Shown here one piece after another: positions 1 through 8,024 of a stretch of 26,639 bases of DNA; positions within the stretch are counted from its first letter, which is position 1; every line of letters starts with the position of its first letter. The DNA comes from Verrucomicrobiota bacterium. Lineage in GTDB: Bacteria > Verrucomicrobiota > Verrucomicrobiia > Chthoniobacterales > UBA10450. The stretch spans positions 1-26,639 of the forward strand of contig QHOD01000001.1 in assembly GCA_003218615.1 (NCBI GenBank), written 5' to 3'. The translations under genes were made by a program, and so were the position numbers. A model generated the notes under the pieces. It had not been told where the DNA came from and made no database searches. It saw nothing but the letters and a program-made list of their open reading frames with translations.

Positions 1-240
1 GTCTGGCTTTTCCGGCTCAGCTGTGTCTTCAAAGACATGCACGTTTACCCCGGCCGCGCGCAGCGTTTGCACGGCTGCGTCGAATTCGTTTCTCGCGACT
101 AGCGTCAACGCATCTAAGTCGCGGTTGGCATCACGTTGGAACGCATTATCTGCCGCCGTTTCCGGATTGGGATAAAACCGGCCGGGGCGGATCATCAGCA
201 CCGAATCGGTGTTTTGGGCGTGCGCAGCACTTTGCGTCAT
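1..240 (-). CDS. ctlX: Amidinotransferase-family / citrulline utilization hydrolase CtlX-like protein, N-terminal part (runs off window)
   Basis: Not in the ORF track; translated by hand from ATG at 240: MTQSAAHAQNTDSVLMIRPGRFYPNPETAADNAFQ...ARNEFDAAVQTLRAAGVNVHVFEDTAEPEKPD. Matches the VLMIRP..F..N.ETA.DN.FQ / EFD..V..LR..GV.V / DT..P..PD pattern of this family. Confidence 0.8.
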   Translation of the reverse strand, partial: MTQSAAHAQNTDSVLMIRPGRFYPNPETAADNAFQRDANRDLDALTLVARNEFDAAVQTLRAAGVNVHVFEDTAEPEKPD

Positions 241-300
241 TGACCAGCTGTACACTATCCTACTCGCGTTGATGCCGCACCTGGCGCGAAATGACGATTC

Positions 301-1377
301 TCAATCGCCGAATGAGATTTCGACGTCACGAGCAGTTTGTACCATCTCGCCGTTGGGTGGAACCAGGCGCAGACGGTTGACGGCTTCGGCAATTGGCACA
401 TGACGAACCTGGTAATTCCGATAGCTGACCATGGATCCGAAGTGCCCTTCATTCGCCAATTGGACGGCTTTAACACCGAAGCGCGCGCCGAGAATTCGAT
501 CGAGAGCTGTTGGCGCGCCGCCCCGCTGCAAATGGCCAAGCACACAACAGCGCGTCTCTTTGCCGGTGCGCTGAGCGATCTCATGCGCCACGATTTCACC
601 GATTCCGCCCAGGCGAAATTCGCCATCTTTTCTGTCCTGCCTCACCTGTTGACCGTTTTTTGGCCGAGCGCCTTCCGCGACGACAACGAGCGAGCCGAGA
701 TCGCCAGCGGCGTCGCGTGCTTTGATAACAGCCGCAATCTTGTCGTAATCAAACGGGATTTCCGGAATTAAAATGATGTCCGCGCCACCGGCGACCCCGC
801 CATGCAATGCGATCCAGCCGGCATGACGCCCCATCACTTCCACGACCATGACGCGTTTGTGACTGATGGCGGTGGTGTGCAGCCGATCCAGCGCGTCCAT
901 CACCGTCGAAACCGCGGAATAAAATCCGAACGTCGTCGCCGTGGCTTCGAGATCGTTATCGATCGTTTTTGGGACACCGATGCAATTAATGCCCGCTTCC
1001 TGCAGTTGCTGCGCAGTCGCCATCGAGCCGTCTCCGCCGATAATGATCAATGTTTTCACCTGCAGGTCGTTCAAAACGCTCCGGGCCTGCTCGATTATCT
1101 TTGGTGGAACGATCGTACGCTCACCGGCGCCGACTTTGGCCACGAAATGGCCACGGTTGGTGGTGCCGATAATTGTGCCCCCGAGCGCAATGATCCCGTT
1201 GGTACTTTCGCGATCGAGAATGAGATGAGCGTCGGGCCGCAGAAGCCCTTCGAAACCATCGCGAAAACCAATCACTTCCCAGCCGAGTTTCTCCGCGGCG
1301 AGGACGACGCCGCGCAAGACCGCATTCAGTCCGGGGCAATCGCCACCGCTGGTTAGCACACCAATCCGCGGCTTCAT
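301..1377 (-). CDS. pfkA: 6-phosphofructokinase (PfkA family, probably ATP-dependent)
   Basis: Motifs IGVLTSGGDCPGLNA, GGTIIGTTN, IGGDGS, PKTIDND, EVMGRHAGW, LGHLQRGG. Start moved from 1470 to MKPRIG at 1377 because the longer ORF overlaps the upstream gene. Confidence 0.95.
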   Translation of the reverse strand: MKPRIGVLTSGGDCPGLNAVLRGVVLAAEKLGWEVIGFRDGFEGLLRPDAHLILDRESTNGIIALGGTIIGTTNRGHFVAKVGAGERTIVPPKIIEQARSVLNDLQVKTLIIIGGDGSMATAQQLQEAGINCIGVPKTIDNDLEATATTFGFYSAVSTVMDALDRLHTTAISHKRVMVVEVMGRHAGWIALHGGVAGGADIILIPEIPFDYDKIAAVIKARDAAGDLGSLVVVAEGARPKNGQQVRQDRKDGEFRLGGIGEIVAHEIAQRTGKETRCCVLGHLQRGGAPTALDRILGARFGVKAVQLANEGHFGSMVSYRNYQVRHVPIAEAVNRLRLVPPNGEMVQTARDVEISFGD

Positions 1378-1393
1378 TTTGATAAGAGCGGGA

Positions 1394-2347
1394 TTAGAGC
1401 ATTCTTTTTGAATCGGCAAGACGGCCGCCGGCGGCCCATTGGTCGTAAAGCTGCCAGCCGCGCTGCACAAGGCCCGCGCCCTCGCCGAACCTGTTCGTGC
1501 TGCCGAGCAGCACCAGGATCAAGCGACGCGGATACACCGTTGTCGTCTGTCCTTGGGTCACGACTTCCGGCTCGCGGTTAGACGAGAGAATTAAACAGTC
1601 TCCCGCCCGAGCGGTGCGGCCAGTCTTGACTCCGTCGATTCCGTCTTTCCCCAAGAGTTCATTCGTATTGCGAAGCACATAATTGAATCGATGGCCGGCG
1701 CGATCGAATGAAATTTGACGCTCTTTTTGCGATACATAAAAACGGAAACTCGCTTTATTCATCGCGTAGCGAGTCAGGCGCGCCATATCTTCCGCCGTTG
1801 AGAACGGCATGGGCCGCACCTTGTAATCGATACCGTGCGGATTAACAAAGCGTGTGCGCTCCATCCTCAACTGCTTGGCCAAGGCGTTCATTTGGGCAAC
1901 GAACGCGTCGGCCGGCGTCAATTTCGAGGCGACGTCACTGGGCAAGAGCGATCCCAACCGAGCGCCGACGTGGTTTGCCAGCGTGTACGCCGCGATGTTG
2001 TCCGATCCGACAAGTGCCGCATAGAGAAGATCGCGCAACGTGATGCTGTCTCCCGGCTGAAAGCCGATGTTATTTTCCAAGACTCCGACGAACGCCGCCT
2101 GCGGAATTGCCACTGCCTGATTGAGATCGCCTCCTTTTTTTTCTGCCCAATCGAGTACGACGCTCGCGGTCGCAATTTTTGTCAGGCTGCCGACTTGCAG
2201 CTTTTTTCTGGGCTCCTGCTCTTCCAGCACGTAGCCGGTCTGTGCATCGACGATAACGTACGCCTGAGCAGCAGTAGCCGAACGGAGAACAGCTGCGCTA
2301 ACAAGAAACGCGAAAAAGACGAAGAGAAATCGGACTGGAAAGTGCAT
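1394..2347 (-). CDS. D-alanyl-D-alanine carboxypeptidase (peptidase S11, low-molecular-mass PBP) with signal peptide
   Basis: SxxK (SLTK), SxN (SDN) and KTG motifs, plus TRFVNPHG and STAEDMA. Hydrophobic N-terminus from MHFPVRFLFVFF at 2347; the 2695 start overlaps the DUF2062 gene. Confidence 0.92.
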   Translation of the reverse strand: MHFPVRFLFVFFAFLVSAAVLRSATAAQAYVIVDAQTGYVLEEQEPRKKLQVGSLTKIATASVVLDWAEKKGGDLNQAVAIPQAAFVGVLENNIGFQPGDSITLRDLLYAALVGSDNIAAYTLANHVGARLGSLLPSDVASKLTPADAFVAQMNALAKQLRMERTRFVNPHGIDYKVRPMPFSTAEDMARLTRYAMNKASFRFYVSQKERQISFDRAGHRFNYVLRNTNELLGKDGIDGVKTGRTARAGDCLILSSNREPEVVTQGQTTTVYPRRLILVLLGSTNRFGEGAGLVQRGWQLYDQWAAGGRLADSKRML

Positions 2348-2439
2348 AGAAGAATTGAACGGCAGCACCTTAATCGACGCATTCTGATTGGCAACACGTT
2401 CACTTTGGAAAGGTTTACCGAGCAGCGCTGTCGCGCGGA

Positions 2440-2970
2440 CTACTTTCCTGGCGCCCGGGAACGGCTCACCAGCAATCGCATTAGAACATAGACGATTATC
2501 GCCGAAGGAATGGCAAGGAACAGCGAGCCAACAAACGCGGGCCAAAAAGTGGGCCAAACCACCCGTGAGAAAACATGCCAATTTATGTAGTCGTGCAATC
2601 CGAACTGCCAGAAACGTATCCGGTGCGCAGCCGGGCGACGCAGGCTCCAGCACCCCAAATGGTATTCGGCAATGTAAATCGCAGGCATCGCCCAAATCAC
2701 TACGTCGTGTAGTGTAACCGCAATGGCAGCAGCAATCTTATTGCACCGACTGATCCACGCGACGGCGATCGATAATAATGTTTTTAGCGGGTAGAGCGGT
2801 GTGAACCCGAAAAAAATTCCGATCGCCGACCCGAGCGCAATGGAGTGCGGCGTGTCAGCGATCGTCATCAGCGTCAAGTGATGCGCGATCAGCCAGCGCT
2901 TTACCCGCGCCAGCGACTCAGGTAATCGCGACGCGTAAGCCGGCTTCGCCGTTGGCTGTGGGTTCCGCAC
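2440..2970 (-). CDS. DUF2062-family membrane protein
   Basis: DTPHSIALGSAIGIFFGFTP and CNKIAAAIA motifs with hydrophobic segments. Start uncertain; GTG at 2970 chosen, just downstream of the DUF72 stop. Confidence 0.8.
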   Translation of the reverse strand: MRNPQPTAKPAYASRLPESLARVKRWLIAHHLTLMTIADTPHSIALGSAIGIFFGFTPLYPLKTLLSIAVAWISRCNKIAAAIAVTLHDVVIWAMPAIYIAEYHLGCWSLRRPAAHRIRFWQFGLHDYINWHVFSRVVWPTFWPAFVGSLFLAIPSAIIVYVLMRLLVSRSRAPGK

Positions 2971-2983
2971 GGCGAATCGTAAT

Positions 2984-3940
2984 CTAGAACAGCTCCGGTG
3001 TCTGCGGCGGCGAAACAATGAGTTGACCAAGCGCTTCACGCAAACGCGCGGCTGCCCGCGGCGCGTAATCAAGATTATTGTTGTTGAAAATCACGTGCAG
3101 CTCGCTCGTTGTCCGGGCGAGCTTTTTGCTTCGCTCCGCGATTTCGGCAACCTCGTCGTCGCTGTAATCGTAGTCAAAACGCGCAGCCACGGTTTTCCCG
3201 GAGAGATAGCCACGCGCATTTCGTCCGTGAAGCCGCAGATACGCCAGACGCGGATTTGTGATTTCATTGAGATTCGACGGCATGATCGTGAAGTGTTCCG
3301 CACTCGGAGCATCGACGTTCACAAACGCTGCTTTGCGCTGTTTCAAAAAATCGATTGTCGATCTTAACTGATCGCCGATCACCCAATTGCGATTTCGCAG
3401 TTCGATCGCCAGACGATATTCGCGCAGTCTGTCGGTTAAAAATTCGAGGTCTTCCAGTTTGTGCATGCGCGGGGAAAATGCAGGCGAGAGCTGCAAAAGC
3501 AGCGCGCCGAGTTTCCCAGCCGAGCGCAAGATCGACATCGAACGCAAAAATGTGTTCAGCATTGCTTCTTGGAGAGCCCCCGTCGGTTTTACCTTTCCCT
3601 TCTCATCGGTTTGTACGCGCCGTTGCAATTCAGGCGGCAACAATTTTGCGGCCGTGGAGTGAAACGAAAAGAGCTGGTGCAGTTTCACATCAAAGATGAA
3701 TCCATCCGGCGTGGCGGCACACCAGCGTTCAACCATCTGCAGATCAGGCACGGAATAAAAAGTCGAGTTCACTTCGACCATCTCGAACTGCTGCGCGTAC
3801 CAACCGAGCCGTTCGTGCGCACGCATTCCCTTTGGATACCAGTGCTGAACAAAACCCGGGTCGGACCAGCTCGCTGTTCCAACAAGAATTCTGCCCGGAT
3901 GGGAAGCGTGAGAGCCGCGATTTGGTTTTCTTCCGACCAT
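2984..3940 (-). CDS. DUF72 (YecE-like) family protein
   Basis: VGTASW, YAQQFEMVEVNSTFY, TPDGFIFDVK, LLQLSPAF, IELRNRNW, YLRLHGRN, YDYSDDE and IFNN motifs. Confidence 0.92.
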   Translation of the reverse strand: MVGRKPNRGSHASHPGRILVGTASWSDPGFVQHWYPKGMRAHERLGWYAQQFEMVEVNSTFYSVPDLQMVERWCAATPDGFIFDVKLHQLFSFHSTAAKLLPPELQRRVQTDEKGKVKPTGALQEAMLNTFLRSMSILRSAGKLGALLLQLSPAFSPRMHKLEDLEFLTDRLREYRLAIELRNRNWVIGDQLRSTIDFLKQRKAAFVNVDAPSAEHFTIMPSNLNEITNPRLAYLRLHGRNARGYLSGKTVAARFDYDYSDDEVAEIAERSKKLARTTSELHVIFNNNNLDYAPRAAARLREALGQLIVSPPQTPELF

Positions 3941-4033
3941 ATTCTCATTCTGAGCGAAGCGAGAAATTTCTTAATTTAATGCCCCTTGTCACTTTTGAGA
4001 TTGATTTTGATTCGTCTTTCGGCATCTTCAACA

Positions 4034-4110
4034 CGCGGGGTGGAGCAGCCTGGTAGCTCGTCAGGCTCATAACCTGAAGGCCGCGGGTTCAAATCCCGCC
4101 CCCGCAACCA
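4034..4110 (+). tRNA. tRNA-fMet (initiator, anticodon CAT)
   Basis: CGCGGGGTGGAGCAGCCTGGTAGCTCGTCAGGCTCATAACCTGAAGGCCGCGGGTTCAAATCCCGCCCCCGCAACCA. Shows C1-A72 mismatch, A11-U24, CAT at 4068-4070, GTTCAAATC T-loop and encoded CCA. Confidence 0.97.
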
Positions 4111-4197
4111 ATTTTATCCGCTGGACCCCCATATCATCAATTGCCCCGCGAAAGGGTCTGTGCAAAGTTCAGCCCGCTCAATCGAGGAAAAAATTAA

Positions 4198-4235
4198 TCC
4201 ACCGCAGCTCAGTGGTAGAGCGGTCGGCTGTTAAC
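4198..4235 (+). repeat. Truncated 5' half of tRNA-Asn; direct repeat of 24011-24048 (att-like site)
   Basis: TCCACCGCAGCTCAGTGGTAGAGCGGTCGGCTGTTAAC is 36/38 identical to 24011-24048, with a 30-nt perfect match (4206-4235 = 24019-24048). Similarity stops one base after the anticodon loop; no T-arm or acceptor 3' strand follows. Confidence 0.92.
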
Positions 4236-4536
4236 GCTTTTCCTGCGTTTTTAAGGTGCGCGAGAGAGCCGAAGAGAAACGGTTTTACCTAGCGTAGAGC
4301 GCGTCAGAGCGTTTGGCAGTAAAAAGAGCGCGAGCGATAGGCCGGTGAAACGCCGGAGGGGTCCTGCTCAAAAAATTCCGAAAAAGGGAGTAGCCAGCCC
4401 CGGCGTCCGGCCAGCCAATGAAAACAATTCTACGGGGCGCCTGCACGCGAATTTTGTGGATCTCGCAAAAAATCTAACCGAGAGAAAAGGTCTACGGGCG
4501 CGCAAGAATCAAGGCTCCTTAACGCCGGCAAGTGCG

Positions 4537-4748
4537 TTCGAAAACCGGAGCGAAGAAAAAGCCAACGCCTACTTTGCCGTCGGAATCCAGGACGAAATTC
4601 TGACGCGCTTATCCAAGATCGCCGACTTGAAGGCCATCCCGCGCACATCCACCCAGCATTACAAAACCGCGCCGGAAAACCTGCCTAGATCGCCAGGCAA
4701 CTTGGCGTCGCGCACATCCTGGAAGGCAGCGTGCAGAAGAGCGGCGAC
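4537..4748 (+). pseudogene. Frameshifted fragment of a TolB-like domain found in adenylate cyclase/kinase-TPR proteins
   Basis: FENRSEEKANAYFAVGIQDEILTRLSKIADLKAIPRTSTQHYKTAPENLP, then a 1-nt deletion near 4687, continuing in another frame as IARQLGVAHILEGSVQKSGD. Neither the N- nor the C-terminal part of the parent gene is present. Confidence 0.8.
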
Positions 4749-4913
4749 GATCGGGCCGCGTTTCAGCGACGCGAGCCTCGTTGACTGCCGCTTGGCTAAT
4801 CACGGCGCGAGGGCCAGGAACGCTGGAAGGGGGATCAGCGTTGACAGGCTTTTCGCGGCCAAGATTGTGACCAGCGGCGAATCCCAAGGATACCCGGCTC
4901 ACTATTTACATTC

Positions 4914-5720
4914 GTGAATCCGAATCATCTTCTTCGCACTTTCAGGTTGCTTTGTGCGGTGCTTTGCGTCTGCGGCCTGGCGGCGCGAGCAGAAGGCGAA
5001 TCTTCGAGGATCTACCGCGGCCCAGGCGAAAACGCTGAAGCCTTGATGGCAAAAGGCGACGAATTCGATAAACGACTCCAAGCCAAAGAGGCACTCGAAG
5101 ACTATCTGCCGGCGAACAAGCTCGAACCGAACAATGTGGACCTTCTGGTTCGTATCGCGAGGCAGTACCGCCATTTGATGAGCGACACGACGTCGAAGAA
5201 AGAAAAGCTGCGGCTTGGAAATATCTCGCTTGAGTTCGCCAGTCGAGCCGCGACCCTCGCGCCCAATAATGCCGAAGCCCAACTCTCGCCCGCGATCAGC
5301 CTCGGTAAAATGCTGCCTTTCATGGGCAGCAAGGATCAGTTCAATGCTTCGCCGCGCATTAAGGCGGCGGTGGACCGCGCTATTCACCTTGATCCGGCCA
5401 ACGACAACGCGTGGCACATTCTCGGCCGTTGGAATCGCGTGCTTGCAAATGTTAGCGCGGTGAAACGGGTGATGGCGAAGGCTCTTTATGGCGACCTGCC
5501 GGTCACGAGCAACGAAGCGGCGGAGAAATGTCTCTTAAAAGCCATCGAAATTAACCCGAACCGGCTCATGCATTATATCGAACTAGGCCGCATCTATGCG
5601 GCGATGGGACGCAAAGACGAGGCGCGCAAGTTCATTAAAAAGGGGCTTGCTATGCCGAACAAAGAAAAAGATGACCCGGAGATGAGAGAGATCGGACAGC
5701 AGACGTTACAAAAGCTGTGA
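4914..5720 (+). CDS. Secreted TPR-like helical repeat protein, RMD1-3 (RMDN)-like
   Basis: GTG start and signal peptide (LLCAVLCVCGLAARA). Repeated A..L.P.N TPR-type motifs (AATLAPNN, AIHLDPAND, AIEINPN). Confidence 0.8.
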   Translation: MNPNHLLRTFRLLCAVLCVCGLAARAEGESSRIYRGPGENAEALMAKGDEFDKRLQAKEALEDYLPANKLEPNNVDLLVRIARQYRHLMSDTTSKKEKLRLGNISLEFASRAATLAPNNAEAQLSPAISLGKMLPFMGSKDQFNASPRIKAAVDRAIHLDPANDNAWHILGRWNRVLANVSAVKRVMAKALYGDLPVTSNEAAEKCLLKAIEINPNRLMHYIELGRIYAAMGRKDEARKFIKKGLAMPNKEKDDPEMREIGQQTLQKL

Positions 5721-5741
5721 TAATGGGTCAATGCGAGGGCG

Positions 5742-7727
5742 CTACGCCGTTTGCAAACATGCTTCGTAGCCGGACCACTCAGGCATATCTGCCAGACCGC
5801 CGCCCATGAATTGATGGTGCCAGAGCTGGGTGGCTACGACCGCAGCGAGGCCCATTTCAACCGAGAGTCGGGGCAGCGATCCGGCCCGCATTTCGCGAAA
5901 ACCTTTCCGCCAGCGCGTCACTTCGTTGACATCAAAGTAACCGGTGCGGCGGAGCGAATCCTCACTTAAAAGCTGCGCCACAAACAGCGGTTCCGGGTCC
6001 ATGTGAAAACTGTCGAGTGGTGCGCGAAAGATAACTTTGCCACGTCGAGCGATCGATTTTGGAATCCAGCGTTCCGCGAGCAGGCGCAGCAGATACTTGT
6101 CGCGGAATCCACGCAGCTTCCAACGCGGGTGCAATTTCGCGGTGAAATCAAAGACCTCCTCATCCAGGAACGGGTAACGAACTTCGACCGAGGAGTGCAT
6201 GGCCACGCGGTCGCCTTTGGCCTGTAATAGATGGCCCGCCAACAGGACCCGCGCTGCGATCCAGATGCCACGATTGAGCGGGGCCCAGCGTTTGGCTTTT
6301 TCGAGAGGAAATCCCAATTCGCCCCACGGATGGCCGTCGTTCATTACTTCGCGCATCTGCTCGGAGTAGAAACGCAGCTTCGAAATCGCGAGCAGCCCAT
6401 AGGAATCGATCCAGGCATTTTGTCCGCCTACGGAAGTTTCAACGCGCTCGCGCCATTCCGGCGGGAAATGCGGCACTTTGTTCATGCGTAGATAACAGCG
6501 GCGCGCGAGATCGCTCAGATTCACTCCCGGCACGGCGTCGAGAAATCCCATGAGCTTGGCCGCTTTGTACCATGGATAACCGACCAGCCATTCGTCGGCG
6601 CCTTCGCCGGTCAGGACGACTTTCTGGCCATTGGCATGAACGCGCTGGGCAAGTTTCAGCAAAGCGCCGCAGGCCGTGTCGATCACAGGAGCTTCGGCGG
6701 CTTCAATGAGTCGCGGATAACTTTCGAGCGCTTCGAGATCGCCGTAATTCTGGACAATCGGTGGCTTGGCTCCGATGTGCCGCGCCGACAGACTCGCTGC
6801 ACTCAGCTCATCGAACTCCGGTTTATCCACCCGCACCGTGTAAGTGTTGATCGCCGGACCTTTGAGACGGCAGGCCAGCGCAAGGATCATGCTCGAATCC
6901 ACACCGCCTGACAGATACGATCCTACTGGAACATCCGCGCGCAACCGCTCTTCGACGGCCTGCAAAAGGAGCCGCTCGAATTCATCCACCAGTGCATTCG
7001 GATTGTTTCCCCACTCCTCTTCGCCCTGCGCCGGAAAATCCATTTCCCAGTAGGCGCGTTCGGTAATGACCGGACTCGTGCCCGCACTTCCGGGCGTAAT
7101 GCGCAGGCAGTGTCCCGGGGGCAGGAGTTGAACTCCTTCGAAACAAGTTCTCGGCCCCGGCACCGCGGAGAATGTAAACACGTGATCCAGTCCCCTGCGA
7201 TCAGGTCGCGGCGGAACCATTCCTGAAGCGAGCAGGCCTTTGATTTCGGAAGCAAAAAGCAGCCAGTCGCCTTGCCGGCTCCAGAAAAGTGGCGCGATCC
7301 CGAAGCGATCGCGGCCGAGATGAAGTTGTCGTTGCCGCGCGTCCCACAAGGCGATGGCGAATTGGCCGCGCAACCGTTCCCACATCCCTTCGTGATGATC
7401 TTCCCAAATGTGCGGAATGATTTCCGTATCACAATGCGTGCGGAAGTGGTGCCCTTGCCTAACAAGTTCAGCGCGGCGTTCGACGTAGTCGAACAATTCC
7501 CCGTTAAAAACCACGAAAACGCTGCGGTCTTCGTTTGTCATCGGCTGCTGCCCATCGGCGAGGTCGACAATGCTCAGGCGTCGTGAAGCGAGTGAGATCC
7601 CTGGTTGTTCGAGAAACCCTTCCTCATCCGGACCGCGGTGAGTGATCGCACGTGCCATTCGTTGCACGACGCCTTCTGGAGCCGGGCGCTGCCCAATCAA
7701 ATCAATTATTCCCGCGATCCCGCACAT
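5742..7727 (-). CDS. asnB: Asparagine synthase (glutamine-hydrolysing)-type amidotransferase
   Basis: N-terminal MCGIAG (Ntn Cys), HRGPD, RRLSIVD, QPM, FNGE, DRFGIAPL, YLSGGVDSS (PP-loop), LTGEGADE and EVRYPFLD. Confidence 0.95.
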   Translation of the reverse strand: MCGIAGIIDLIGQRPAPEGVVQRMARAITHRGPDEEGFLEQPGISLASRRLSIVDLADGQQPMTNEDRSVFVVFNGELFDYVERRAELVRQGHHFRTHCDTEIIPHIWEDHHEGMWERLRGQFAIALWDARQRQLHLGRDRFGIAPLFWSRQGDWLLFASEIKGLLASGMVPPRPDRRGLDHVFTFSAVPGPRTCFEGVQLLPPGHCLRITPGSAGTSPVITERAYWEMDFPAQGEEEWGNNPNALVDEFERLLLQAVEERLRADVPVGSYLSGGVDSSMILALACRLKGPAINTYTVRVDKPEFDELSAASLSARHIGAKPPIVQNYGDLEALESYPRLIEAAEAPVIDTACGALLKLAQRVHANGQKVVLTGEGADEWLVGYPWYKAAKLMGFLDAVPGVNLSDLARRCYLRMNKVPHFPPEWRERVETSVGGQNAWIDSYGLLAISKLRFYSEQMREVMNDGHPWGELGFPLEKAKRWAPLNRGIWIAARVLLAGHLLQAKGDRVAMHSSVEVRYPFLDEEVFDFTAKLHPRWKLRGFRDKYLLRLLAERWIPKSIARRGKVIFRAPLDSFHMDPEPLFVAQLLSEDSLRRTGYFDVNEVTRWRKGFREMRAGSLPRLSVEMGLAAVVATQLWHHQFMGGGLADMPEWSGYEACLQTA

Positions 7728-8024
7728 AATTTCGTTCGAATAGATTAACGGCCCTCACTACCTTTTCGCGGGGGCCTTTTGACAAAGATCCTTTGGAACG
7801 TAAGAAATCTCTTGGAAGGCATCTTGCTGCCAACATCGCAGAGGACGCCGAAGAGGAAAGTTGTGAAATAATTGACGGCCAACACAATTAAGCAAAGCAG
7901 CGCCAAGAAAAAATGGTAAGGGAACGTGTGTCGAGCATATTAGAAACGAATTGATGTTGGATAAGTGAATGTTTTACCGTTATTGACGTCATAAATCCGC
8001 GACCGGATTGGTAGCTGACTTGAC

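Noticed and set aside
4386-4395. GGGAGTAGCC resembling the 5' end of a yybP-ykoY manganese riboswitch
   Set aside because: The downstream conserved elements (CGUCA..AC loop, GCAAGACC-like 3' strand) are not visible and no Mn-related gene follows.
4345-4917. 190-aa ORF as a real gene
   Set aside because: Only the middle ~50 codons resemble a known domain, and that similarity continues in another frame; the rest is read-through of non-coding sequence.
5742-7727. AsnB-like protein as a lasso peptide cyclase
   Set aside because: It keeps a complete Ntn glutaminase domain with Cys2, and no B1/B2 proteins or precursor peptide are nearby.
7728-8024. Specific promoter or operator calls in the asnB/PKS divergent gap (TTGACA at 7779, TGACGTCA palindrome near 7984, GGCCCTC/GGGGGCC hairpin)
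   Set aside because: No well-spaced -10 partner was found and the palindromes are short enough to occur by chance.
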